DNA of 64,000 nucleotides, taken from assembly GCA_002633005.1 (NCBI GenBank), contig NMRA01000431.1, positions 247,733-311,732 of the forward strand, read 5' to 3'. Each line of letters opens with the position of its first letter. The first letter of the stretch is position 1. Of this stretch, positions 38,483-49,249 are shown in pieces. This DNA is from Phoronis australis. Its lineage: Eukaryota; Animalia; Phoronida. The notes beneath the pieces are model-generated. The model was given only the letters and a program-made list of their open reading frames with translations. It was not told where the DNA came from and made no database searches. The position numbers and the translations under genes were made by a program.

Positions 38483-41400
38483 ATGACGTCCAAGAAAGAA
38501 AGAAAGTGTGGAGATCATAAGGACAGTTGTGAAGATTTGACAGGAGTAGACGAGAAGCTTTCCGCCGGTACTCAGCCAGCTTCTGGTGGTGGTGAAACAA
38601 CTGATGCTACGGTAGAGTTAAAAAGTTAGTTGTTTCCGTTAGATTAAATAGTGGTATTTTATTTCCTACATTTACTTCAACTTAAGCCAATACTCAGCTT
38701 AGGGTTAGTTTACCAATTATGTCAGGATAAATTTAATAGTATGTTTTATTGGCTATAGCTAAATTACACGTACGCCTGAGAAATATGAAACGTTCCTAAG
38801 TTACTGATAACCTGAACATTTTCGTTTAACAGTTTAACTCTATGCAGCAGACGTGTGTGTGTGTGTGTGTGTGTTTGCGTGTGCGTGTGCGTCTGCGCGC
38901 GCGCGCGTGTGTGTGTGTCAGTGTGTGTGCGTGTTGTTTCAGCGATACTTTTTAAGCTTTGATTTTGCATTCAAAATCACGATGAAGCTGGCCATAGCAC
39001 TGCTTACAGAACTTGCGTTCTTCTTCAGGAGTACAGAAATCCTTTGGTAGAACTCAAAGTGATATCAACAAAGTTAGCAAAACACGTGGCGTTGCTATTC
39101 TACAGTCTGAACTAAAAGGTGCAACGGTGAGCCAGCCTAATATAAAGTTAGGAAGGAGTGCTGAAGACCAGCCTAAGAGCTTGCCTAAAACAAAGAAAGC
39201 AAACCCCAAGTCGGAAATTTCTGATGAACGCCAAGGGGCGTCTGCATTGACACCAGAGAACCTGCCGCATCTTTCTAGATTGAGTTTGTTTAATAAAGGA
39301 CATTTTCCTACACTGGGTAACAAGATGACGTCAGATACTTTGTCTGCCATAAGCTCGAAGTGTGGGGCTGGCTCAGAAGGCCAAATGCCCAGCAATATGT
39401 CCGAGACGGTAATTCAAAAAGCCATCTCGGTTGTTCACAACATGGAGTGCTATCTTGAGCAGATTGCAGAGTTGACAAATATGAACAACTCGGACCACAT
39501 GTCATTTAAATGCTTCTTGAGAAATGTTCAACTATACGAGCAGTACATCCCAGTCAAGACGAGGCAAGATGGTTGCCCGGAAGTCATTCCTCTTTTCACG
39601 GTTTTCCTCTACGCTAAAGTGATTGATAACTTGATCGTTGGCTCGGCGGAAAGTGATTTTCGCTTCGTCACCTGGGACTTAGCAAAGGATGCGTTAATGG
39701 ACAGCGTCGCCGCCATACTAGGGAATGCAACGGGGTCTGTTTTGTTGACCGTGGACAACAACAAGCCCTCAACCAACTGCGAGTTAAACAGCGACGTGCT
39801 GGATAAGTATTGTGATGTGTTGTCGCGATTTTTCGCGTACGTCTCGGGAGTGGATTTCGACGAAGTTCGCCACTTGTTTGCTTTAGAAGAAAATGCCATA
39901 TTTGGTATCCAACGCAAACTGGATACGGTTAATTTATGTAAAGATGACGAGCAACAAGGTATAGCATATTAATATTCTTTTTATAACAAACTAAATAGTG
40001 CTACACAGTAAAAAACACGGTTGTTGTCGTCCCACATATTCTGGGAACTAATTGCAAATTGTTCGCTCATGCTACGCTAAATCGAAAACCAACCACGTTT
40101 TCAATTTTCTTAGATATACAAACTGACGTAGCGCCATCGTCATGTAACATACCAAAAGCTCATGGCGCTCAGGACCCTAGAAGAGGTCACAGTGGAAGCG
40201 TCAATGACGACATTTTGGAATCGCTTTCTAACAGGGCATTGTCCTCGGGGAATATTCTTAAGATCTCCGATAAGCGTTCTGGTTTCCAAGCCACCGATAT
40301 TGACAAAGACTGGCCAAGTATTCATCGATATATAAACGAAAACAAAGCCATATTTCAAGACTTCTTGTCCAAGTCACCAGCAGAAGCAGGTCACGTGCAA
40401 TTTACCGCGCCGTGGGACATGATTCGACGACTAGAACGAGTCGCTTGCGTCATCACCAACACGGTGTTACAGAAGGAGTCACGACTGGTGAAGAACAGGC
40501 TTCGCGTGATTGACTTCCTGCTTCAGAAGCAGCAGCTTGACGGCCCCATGAAGTTCTTTGATGAGAAGTATGGTGATCCAGAGACTACCATGGCCGTTCT
40601 ACTAACGACTCTCCAGCAGGTAAGGGATGTTTGCCAAATGGTGTTAAAAGATTAGAACATTGTTTTTGCCTGTTCAGTGAAAAAAGTAACATGTACACGA
40701 CAATTAAACCTTCAGAACAACAAATGACTGTTTCATAAGCAAGTTTTCATGTATCAAATGCTTGAAGACACATTTAGCCACACAAGAAAAATGAAGTTGC
40801 CCCATGACATGGCCAGAGGATGAAGACTAAGGAGATGTCCCGTGGTCTTTACTACATGTTGGTAAACTGCATTTGACCGAATTGGGACCATCAAAATTGT
40901 TTAGTTTGCTTTAAAAACATAATTTATTAATTGGTCAATGTAGTCTCAGTCACAACGTTTATTACCGGTGCCGAACCTAACTTCTTTTTTCCGCACTCTC
41001 GCGAATGTGCGACTTTCTTGGTTTGTAAAGTGTTGAACCTCGGCTTATTAAAATTGTTTTGATATACTGTTTGAATTTATAAAACAAACTCAAGTGTCGT
41101 AAACAATTAATGCTATCTGGAGTTAGATTTTTTGATGGGAGAAGCCATGCCCAACACAATGACAACTGATCATCATATTGTTGACAGTGACGGTATGTTA
41201 GTAACACCAAGGTAACCCTCGATACGATCTCGAACAGTGGACAAAAAACGAGAGGGAGCCGCCCTTATCATTGTACAGTCCGAGTAAGATACCCGTACAC
41301 GTGTTGCACCCGAGACAAGTTTTGGCTAAGATTCACCGTTTCCTTACATCCCCATCCTATTTCACTAATAGACTTAGTATGTTTTAACATTCGTAGACCT

Positions 41401-44400
41401 CAGAGCTCTTCTTAAAAGTAGAGCTCTGAGGTCTACGAATTAGTTTGGCGTCACGCGGGTTTTATCTAAACTATAAGTAACGCGGTCACAGTGTGCGACT
41501 TGTCCCAGGGCTGTACATCAGTGGTAAAATATCATCAAGGAGTCGGTGACTGCGGTTTCTTTGCGAAAGTTATCGAAGAATAAATGTTTTGTTTTCAATC
41601 AGGAGGGACCCTGCGGTATGAACGGATATGTAATTACGAATGAGAGAAGAATGGATTAACCATTGATTTTATCACCAGGGTCCCTCTTTCAGACAGGATG
41701 CACAATTCCAAAACACAGGATAAGAACAACAGCAATTCAGATTTTATCATGCCGCTCCCTCCGAGAACGGTCCCTTCAAGTGAAAGGATCTACAATTAAA
41801 AACAGTAAGAGAGCAGTTGTTGATGTCATGCTCAGGGCTCCTGTCTAGGGGCTCCCTTCAAGAGGGGGTCGCCTTCAAGAGGGGGTCGCCTTCAAGAGGG
41901 GGTCGCCTTCAAGAGGCGGTCGCCTTCAAGAGGGAGCTCCTTAGCGCGAAAGGAATAGGTATCACTCATTAGTTTCTTTTTGAACCACAGCTGAATTTGC
42001 CTCACAGTTTCATTAAAAATTGGCGCCTGCTGGCTTTGCTGAGCATTTTATGTTTTTTTGCTGCACGTGAAAGCTGCGAATGGAATATGCTTCATTTTTG
42101 AATTTGTTTTGAATCACAGGCGCTTGGGTTTATCGCAAATGACGTCACTCAGTAATATATATAAGAAAACATAAAGGTTGGACACTTAAACTTTGCCAAG
42201 CCGAGGCTCCCAACTTCAACCGTCCAAAATCCAAATAAAATCTGCTTGCACCTTCCTCAGTCTGGTGTTGCATAAACCTTCGAAGCCTTATCTTTCCTAG
42301 ATCCCATTAACTGTCTTCGTGAGTGGTGAATTGGCGATGGAATTTCCAAAACAATCTCAAAACTCTGAATTCAAGGACCTGAAATAGTAAACATGGCGGA
42401 TTTCAGTTGTGCTTCAACTTGTACGCCTGACGTAGGTGAAACTTCGAGTTTGAGCAAGCAACCTATATTTCAAATTCAATTACTCTAATCCAAAACTCAA
42501 CTAATTGAGAATGATAAAGTTAGTATTTTAATGATTATTTGTAACTTTATTCCACTGACGGCTCATTTTAGCTCATTTTAGCTCTTAACTTAGAATTTTA
42601 TTGCATAAATATAGATTATTACATGGCGAAGTCGTTATCCCCCGTTATCTAGAGCACGAGTGGATTTTGGAGAATTATCGCCCGAGGGGCGTCAGCCCCG
42701 AGGGTGATAATTCTCCAAAATCCACGAGGGCTCTAGATAAGGGGGATAACGGCTGAGAACATGTAATAATCTATTTATACCACATACTAAACGAGAAACA
42801 TTGCAATGAATCGATTTACCTTTTCTGACTCTCCACGGCTTTGTAACTACTTTCTATGTCAGAGGCCCGGGGTCGGAGGTCGTGACCTTTTAAGAAAAGC
42901 CCGGCTATTTTTGTCAAATAATGCTTNNNNNNNNNNNNNNNNNNNNNNNNNNNNNNNNNNNNNNNNNNNNNNNNNNNNNNNNNNNNNNNNNNNNNNNNNN
43001 NNNNNNNNNNNNNNNNNNNNNNNNNNNNNNNNNNNNNNNNNNNNNNNNNNNNNNNNNNNNNNNNNNNNNNNNNNNNNNNNNNNNNNNNNNNNNNNNNNNN
43101 NNNNNNNNNNNNNNNNNNNNNNNNNNNNNNNNNNNNNNNNNNNNNNNNNNNNNNNNNNNNNNNNNNNNNNNNNNNNNNNNNNNNNNNNNNNNNNNNNNNN
43201 NNNNNNNNNNNNNNNNNNNNNNNNNNNNNNNNNNNNNNNNNNNNNNNNNNNNNNNNNNNNNNNNNNNNNNNNNNNNNNNNNNNNNNNNNNNNNNNNNNNN
43301 NNNNNNNNNNNNNNNNNNNNNNNNNNNNNNNNNNNNNNNNNNNNNNNNNNNNNNNNNNNNNNNNNNNNNNNNNNNNNNNNNNNNNNNNNNNNNNNNNNNN
43401 NNNNNNNNNNNNNNNNNNNNNNNNNNNNNNNNNNNNNNNNNNNNNNNNNNNNNNNNNNNNNNNNNNNNNNNNNNNNNNNNNNNNNNNNNNNNNNNNNNNN
43501 NNNNNNNNNNNNNNNNNNNNNNNNNNNNNNNNNNNNNNNNNNNNNNNNNNNNNNNNNNNNNNNNNNNNNNNNNNNNNNNNNNNNNNNNNNNNNNNNNNNN
43601 NNNNNNNNNNNNNNNNNNNNNNNNNNNNNNNNNNNNNNNNNNNNNNNNNNNNNNNNNNNNNNNNNNNNNNNNNNNNNNNNNNNNNNNNNNNNNNNNNNNN
43701 NNNNNNNNNNNNNNNNNNNNNNNNNNNNNNNNNNNNNNNGGCTTTTCTTAAAAGGTCACGACCTCCGACCCCGGGCCTCTGACATAGAAAGTAGTTACAA
43801 AGCCGTGGAGAGTCAGAAAAGGTAAATCGATTCATTGCAATGTTTCTCGTTTAGTATGTGGTATAAATAGATTATTACATGTTCTCAGCCGTTATCCCCC
43901 TTATCTAGAGCCCTCGTGGATTTTGGAGAATTATCACCCTCGGGGCTGACGCCCCTCGGGCGATAATTCTCCAAAATCCACTCGTGCTCTAGATAACGGG
44001 GGATAACGACTTCGCCATGTAATAATCTATATTTATTTGGCAATAAAGTGCTCTCTGCTTCCTGTAATAATCTATATTTATTTGGCAATAAAGTGTTCTC
44101 TGCTTCTCATGATCAAGTGGTCGATGATTGACGGCGAAAGCCGCGCGAAATTAGACTTTCGGATTTAGCTCGGGAGCGTCCGTCAAAACCCGAATGTGCG
44201 AAGACCGTCTGCCATGACATCACGGAATTAGGTCCTTGAATTTGTGATTTTGGCATTCTTTTGGCATTTTTGTCGCCAAATCACCACTCGAAGGCAATCT
44301 GAAGAGATCAAATGAAAGAAGGTATTCTAAGAGTTGTTCGATGCTAGTTTCGTGGAGTTCCATGCACATTTGAGTAGAAAATTTTTAGGAAACAGATTTC

Positions 44401-46017
44401 GAGTGTCCAACCTTTATGTTTTCTTATATATATTATTGAGTTACGTCATTTGCGATAAACCCAAGCGCCTGTGTTTTGAATGACTGGAAAAAGTCATTGT
44501 CAGAATTTGGCTCCTTGAACCAATTTTTGCTTAGTCGAGGGTCTTCTTAAACCACGGGGGCAGATTGACAGGAAATACAATTTCAAAAAGAAACCAATGA
44601 AAGAGCGGAAACTAATGTAGTGATTGAGTTGCCCCTGATATAAAGGGAAATATTTCAATTGCAAAAATAAAAGAGCAGTTGAAGCTTTTGTCGCCCCCCC
44701 TCGGGGACCAGCGCCATTTCATGGATGTATGACTAACATAAAGCTGAAAACTGTCAGCTTCGTATTTTTGAATATGACATTAACATGCATATATTTGCGC
44801 TAAATTAAATTTAACTTGTTAAATGCATTTATCGGCATTATTTTAATATGTGTCACTTTATTTTGATATCAAATGAATCCTTAGGGTTTATTTTTCATTA
44901 CTCATCTCTATTCATAGCCTCAAGGTTCTACTTTTGTATTCATACATTTCTCTATGCAACACCTGATTGGTCGCCCATATTTCCTTTGTTCAGTTCAACG
45001 TGGTTTAGCTTATTCAGCCACCTACCTCGTCGTCTACAAGACCTACGTTCGTTCTCTCGTTGTTTTCCACCTCCCCATCCCGGGTGTCTGTTCCATGTTT
45101 TTCTTTTGATCATATACATTACCTGTTAGGTATTTTCAAGTTTTGTGTTCATGTTCTGTACTTTTTCATTAGGCCCTTCTGACAGTTCTTTTGTTTTGGT
45201 TCCCTCTTTCAGGGCTATTCATTGTACACGCAGGTGGGCGTTTTTTTCCATGCAGAGTCTTATTTAGTTCTATCTATTTACGTCATAATAAATGACATTA
45301 TTCGCAATCCTCCTCTTGTTTTACTCAGCGACATAGCTCGTGGCGTACCCCGGGCAAAATAGATTACGATAAAAAGCTTGCACTATCAGAATTTCTCAGT
45401 CAGACTTTTGAAAGTGAAGTCCATCTTGGACAGCTGCATGTCGGCTACCAGAGCGCGTTACCTGTGATCTCTCACTACGGTTCACTTAGCCAATGTTTTG
45501 GCGATGTTTGTTATTTGCGGTGCATATTGCATAATAACAACTTAGCGCATGGGCTCGCGGAGAACGGACAACAAAGTGACTTGATAAGCTGGACATTCAA
45601 ATGGTACTGAACTTACAAGGATTGCATCAGTTAGTGGCGATACTGGATTTCAACACTCAGACTTTGGTTTGTAGGCGGTCGAGCAAGCTTTGGACGAAGA
45701 AATGGAAAAATTTGAAGCGAGTGAAAGAAAAGTACACCCCGGCGACAAGGAGGCCGTTGCTAGTGACAAATCTGAGGACGCTGTCAAGGGACAAACTTCC
45801 CAAAAGCAACGTGAACATGGTAACAAAAAGTAAATGTAGTGCTCTTAAATACACGTGTTGAGCTTCTTATCTCCGTGTATATTGTTACGGGTTTTGTACA
45901 GAACACAAATCCTGGGTTTCTACAAAATTTATTAACCTGACATAGGTGCACAGAAATACAGTTAATTTACTATGCTGACACGTGGTGACATCTAGCTAAT
46001 GACATTCACTTTCTTGC

Positions 46018-46053
<36 letters not shown>

Positions 46054-46452
46054 TCAAACTAAACAACTGCATAGGGTCATCGGTGATGTAACACATTATG
46101 TAGGTAAGTGCCACGCTGATTCTGCATAGTCCACTACAAACAATTGTCTGGTACTTGATCCTTTCGCCTGAAACTTTTCATGCTCACCTCTAACATTAAA
46201 ATTTACTTTGCCTACTAACTGTGATGTACACGTGAGCATCAAGTGACACATTTAACTAACTAAACATTATTTTCACAATGACGTCAGCACTGACGAAAGT
46301 GGTAATCATCCGAACCTGAAAATTGTTAATCTTGAGATTAATATTTTTCACCTTGGTGTTTAACAAAAATGAAAAGGAAAATGTCACATTCTTTGATTTT
46401 ACCAAAACTCGTTCTTTCTTGAATTTTATCCACAGCAGAAAATGCGGCGTAA
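38483..46452 (+). CDS. unknown gene B (paralogue of gene A), about 537-579 aa
   Basis: Exons 38483-38624, 39029-39958 and 40114-40655 join in frame (537 aa). Alternatively the donor CAG|GTAAGG at 40619 splices to 45675-45819 and 46436-46452 (579 aa). All splice sites are canonical GT-AG with compatible phases. Confidence 0.7.
38852..38933. repeat. (TG)n/(CG)n microsatellite in gene B intron 1
   Basis: Alternating purine-pyrimidine tract. Confidence 0.9.
39029..39958 (+). CDS. unknown gene B exon 2 (the 319-aa ORF of the track)
   Basis: ttcttcttcag| acceptor, CAAG|GTATAG donor; 930 nt open; PLFxVxLYxK domain. Confidence 0.8.
40114..40655 (+). CDS. unknown gene B exon 3 (PWD-motif domain)
   Basis: ttttcttag| acceptor; FQDFL..HVQFTAPWDMIRRLE..LVKNRLRVI..MKFF. 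Confidence 0.78.
41389..41440. repeat. perfect hairpin, 21-bp arms, 10-nt loop
   Basis: ATTCGTAGACCTCAGAGCTCT ... AGAGCTCTGAGGTCTACGAAT. Confidence 0.9.
41855..41935. repeat. minisatellite, 17-bp unit CCTTCAAGAGGGGGTCG x~5
   Basis: Direct inspection. Confidence 0.9.
42605..44036. repeat. nested fold-back: 297-bp perfect inverted arms with hairpin termini around an N gap
   Basis: 42605-42901 is the reverse complement of 43740-44036; each arm starts with an imperfect palindrome of about 165 bp. Confidence 0.8.
42927..43739. other. assembly gap (813 N)
   Basis: Run of n. Confidence 1.
45675..45819 (+). CDS. candidate gene B exon 4 (AVEQALDEEMEKFEASERK...)
   Basis: ttggtttgtag| acceptor and CATG|GTAACA donor; phase 0 start matches the donor at 40619; charged, coding-like composition. 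Confidence 0.55.
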
Positions 46453-47224
46453 CAGTGTCCAAACTTGGTACATTCATGCTATTTCTCTACCCATGTGTGC
46501 AATATAAAACATCACAATTTTCACTAAAAACTAATTGTCGTAACAACATCCGTAATACAAAATGCTTATAAACATGACAACTATTTAGGTTAAGGTTGTA
46601 CGAAGCCGATCTGTGGCCGCCATTAATGGAAGTTTAATTAAAATTTTTGATCGAAGTTATGAAGGTTTTCGTGTTTTTTTTCTATCGTAAGCCTAACTAC
46701 TGAACAGTTACAGATAAACGAGTCTACAATACAATATCTTTGTTGTCCTGCATATTTTTAATTACCTGAAAAAACATGCGCTATTTGTTTTGCACGTTTT
46801 TGATTTTTTATCTGATTGCTTAGCCGCTCTTAAGAACGCCATTCAATAAAACGGTTCACAGGTTTCATTGTTGTACTTTTAAGAGATATGAATCCGTGAC
46901 TAAAATTGTCTTAGTGCCAACAAAAATTGTCTTAGTGCCAACATAAATTCCCCCACCTTTCAAAAAATGGAAGGAAATGCAATACTGTAAAATGAGCATG
47001 AACTGATATTAGTCCTACATATTGACCCCCCTCCCTGCCGTCATTAGCTTCAACACTTACTGAGAGTCGCCGCAAACGCTAGTAAGTTTCCACCTGCTAA
47101 CAAATTGTTCACCCATGTCGATGTTAACCTTCCTTGCAAATTCATGTTGAATAAATATGAAAGAACGGACTATTGACATGTTTACAGAAATTTCGCGCAA
47201 AGAAAAGTGGGAGGTGTCAGTTTA

Positions 47225-47478
47225 CATACGCGCACCCAGCCTTTAACATGGGGGGAGGGCTCGAATTTCTGGCGATGTGGACCTTTTGCTGACAAAAAAG
47301 CGGGAGGACTAGAAAAAAACAGGATACCACCTTCATTGTGCGTCTGTGCCTTTTCAGTGGACTTTTGTCTCGTTTTCTCGGACTTCTCAGAAGCGGACCT
47401 TTTTGCCCACTTCACCAAATGGGGGGGAGGGGAGGGGCTCGTTCGAGCCCCTCGAGCACCCCCCTGGGTGCGCGCATG
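47225..47478. mobile_element. MITE, 15-bp TIR, 5-bp TSD GTTTA
   Basis: GTTTA|CATACGCGCACCCAG ... CTGGGTGCGCGCATG|GTTTA. Confidence 0.8.
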
Positions 47479-48055
47479 GTTTAACTCTTGATCATAATTT
47501 CTGAGGCATTTTGGGAGATAACCTAAGTGCAGACTCCAATACGTGAGCCTTGAGGTTGAACTTCCTGATCGTAGTGTTTTGGTGGCTTGTAAACTTTTGG
47601 AGTGTGAACCTAACATTTCAGTGTATGCTAGATAGGTACCTGGATTTGCAGGACCCTGCTTGTGAATTTAAACTCCCGAACATAGATCTCTGTGATACCC
47701 CAACGCTTTGGTTAGACGGGTTCGTTTGCCGATATATGACCCTACAAGCCCAGTCCCTAAACAGCAAGGCCCCGTTCGTTGGACACTTTACCTGCTCTTG
47801 TACACATTCGTCAGGCATTTGCCCTCCTGCTCCACAAGTCAGTTGTTGCTGGCGTGCTACGTACTAAATTACATTTGCCACGTTTAGTGTTGCGTAGCGT
47901 GAGTTGCTGTGTCGACCATTACCTCAGCAGATTTAGTGAACCGGGTAAAGTTCCATGCACGTGCAATGGATGTCTCAACTCAAAGTTTTTGGCAGACGTT
48001 TTAAAAAGTTGGTACATTATTTTTCATTTTTACTTTTGTCTTTTGTTATCGCTAA

Positions 48056-49161
48056 AGGCCCAGTCAGACTTATTAAATATCGATCAGAATCAACGGGTTT
48101 GAATTGTTTTAAATTCATGCCGCATTCGGTTGGAATTTCATTTTGATAGACATTCTCCCACCTAGGCTGTCAAATACATAGATTCCTAGGCATTCCAGAA
48201 ACATTGCCTTTCGGCTGCAATTCATTTGTTGTTGGAAACAGAATGCACTTCGAATGCCATGCCGTTCGATTGCTGCCTGAATACCACCCAAAGTTTGGTT
48301 GGAGGCTGCCGCCTGCCCCCTCTTGAGGTTTTTGGACTAAGCAGTTTCAATTGGAGGAAGGCCATCATTACTGACGGACTGTTTTTCAGAAAGATGGACC
48401 TCAGCAACTATCCATCTGAGGAAGCAGAGAGTTGTAGAATAACTAGCTGTCATACTTAGAAGCTAGCAGACGCTGGCTTTTCGGTGGCTTTTTCGTTTGT
48501 GCTGGTGCTGGAGTTCCTGATCTCGGCACGAAGCAAGAAAATTAGGAATTAAAGCTTTTGAAATTTTTAAAACGAGGAACAAAGGTTGACATATAAATGC
48601 AGACTAGACTAAATTTCCAGCGGCAGCTAGCAGGGTTATGCTTTTCTTTGGTGTTCTGAATTAAGCTACGACGCAAGAAGGTTATTCTGGAATTTTCGCC
48701 TTCAATCAATGTGTAGTCGAGCGGCAAGCGAAATATTCAGACGTCATTCGAAGTGTCCTCCAGCTTAACTATTTTAACGTAGATTCCGCCATCAATTAAC
48801 ATACACTCGAAATGCACATTCGGGACAGTTTGGGAGGATTTGAAGTGACTCGCCATTTGTATTTTTCCTCTAACGCGATCAGATTGTTTCGAAATGCTAT
48901 TAAAAGGCCGCAAAACTATTTAGAATGCACGCAGGGTACACTTCGTTTGCCGTTTCTCCTCCTCAGTCCTTTTAATGCACTTCCAATGTTTTAAACGTGA
49001 ACAGCATATTCGGGCTGGCCACAAGATTGAACCCGAATGTTTGGAATGCACTCAGAATGCTGTCAGAATACTTAAAATACATTTAGAATATCGCGGAATT
49101 TACGAAGTGTTTTCAGTCCGACGGCATTCCGGCTCATTCCGCCTCCAGTGTGACTACCCTT
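48056..49161. mobile_element. old PIF/Harbinger-like non-autonomous element
   Basis: TAA|AGGCCCAGTCAGAC ... GTGTGACTACCCTT|TAA (imperfect TIR, 9/14); many subterminal GAATG/CATTC motifs. Confidence 0.45.
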
Positions 49162-49249
49162 TAATGGAGGACTAGAGGGAGCAGCCATGACAGCAACAGA
49201 ACATATGGTTGCAGCTTGACGAAGTCAGTGCTGTTGACACATTTCCGAT
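49161..49249 (-). CDS. ACHE: cholinesterase exon 3 (DRKCVNSTDFVKLQPYVLLLSWLLPLVLH*), Cys plus GPI-signal-like tail
   Basis: attttacag| acceptor in phase 1; a Cys, small residues N-S-T and a terminal hydrophobic run. Confidence 0.75.

Larger units (their letters stand above)
42115..44473. mobile_element. non-autonomous DNA transposon (hAT/P-like) with about 70-bp TIRs and an 8-bp TSD
   Basis: TTTTGAAT|CACAGGCGCTTGGGTTTATCGCAAATGACG... and its reverse complement ending ...AAGCGCCTGTG|TTTTGAAT. Confidence 0.85.

Noticed and set aside
42806-43835. Three long ORFs (276-339 aa) in the track
   Set aside because: Artefacts of translating through the N gap; the flanks are the non-coding inverted arms.
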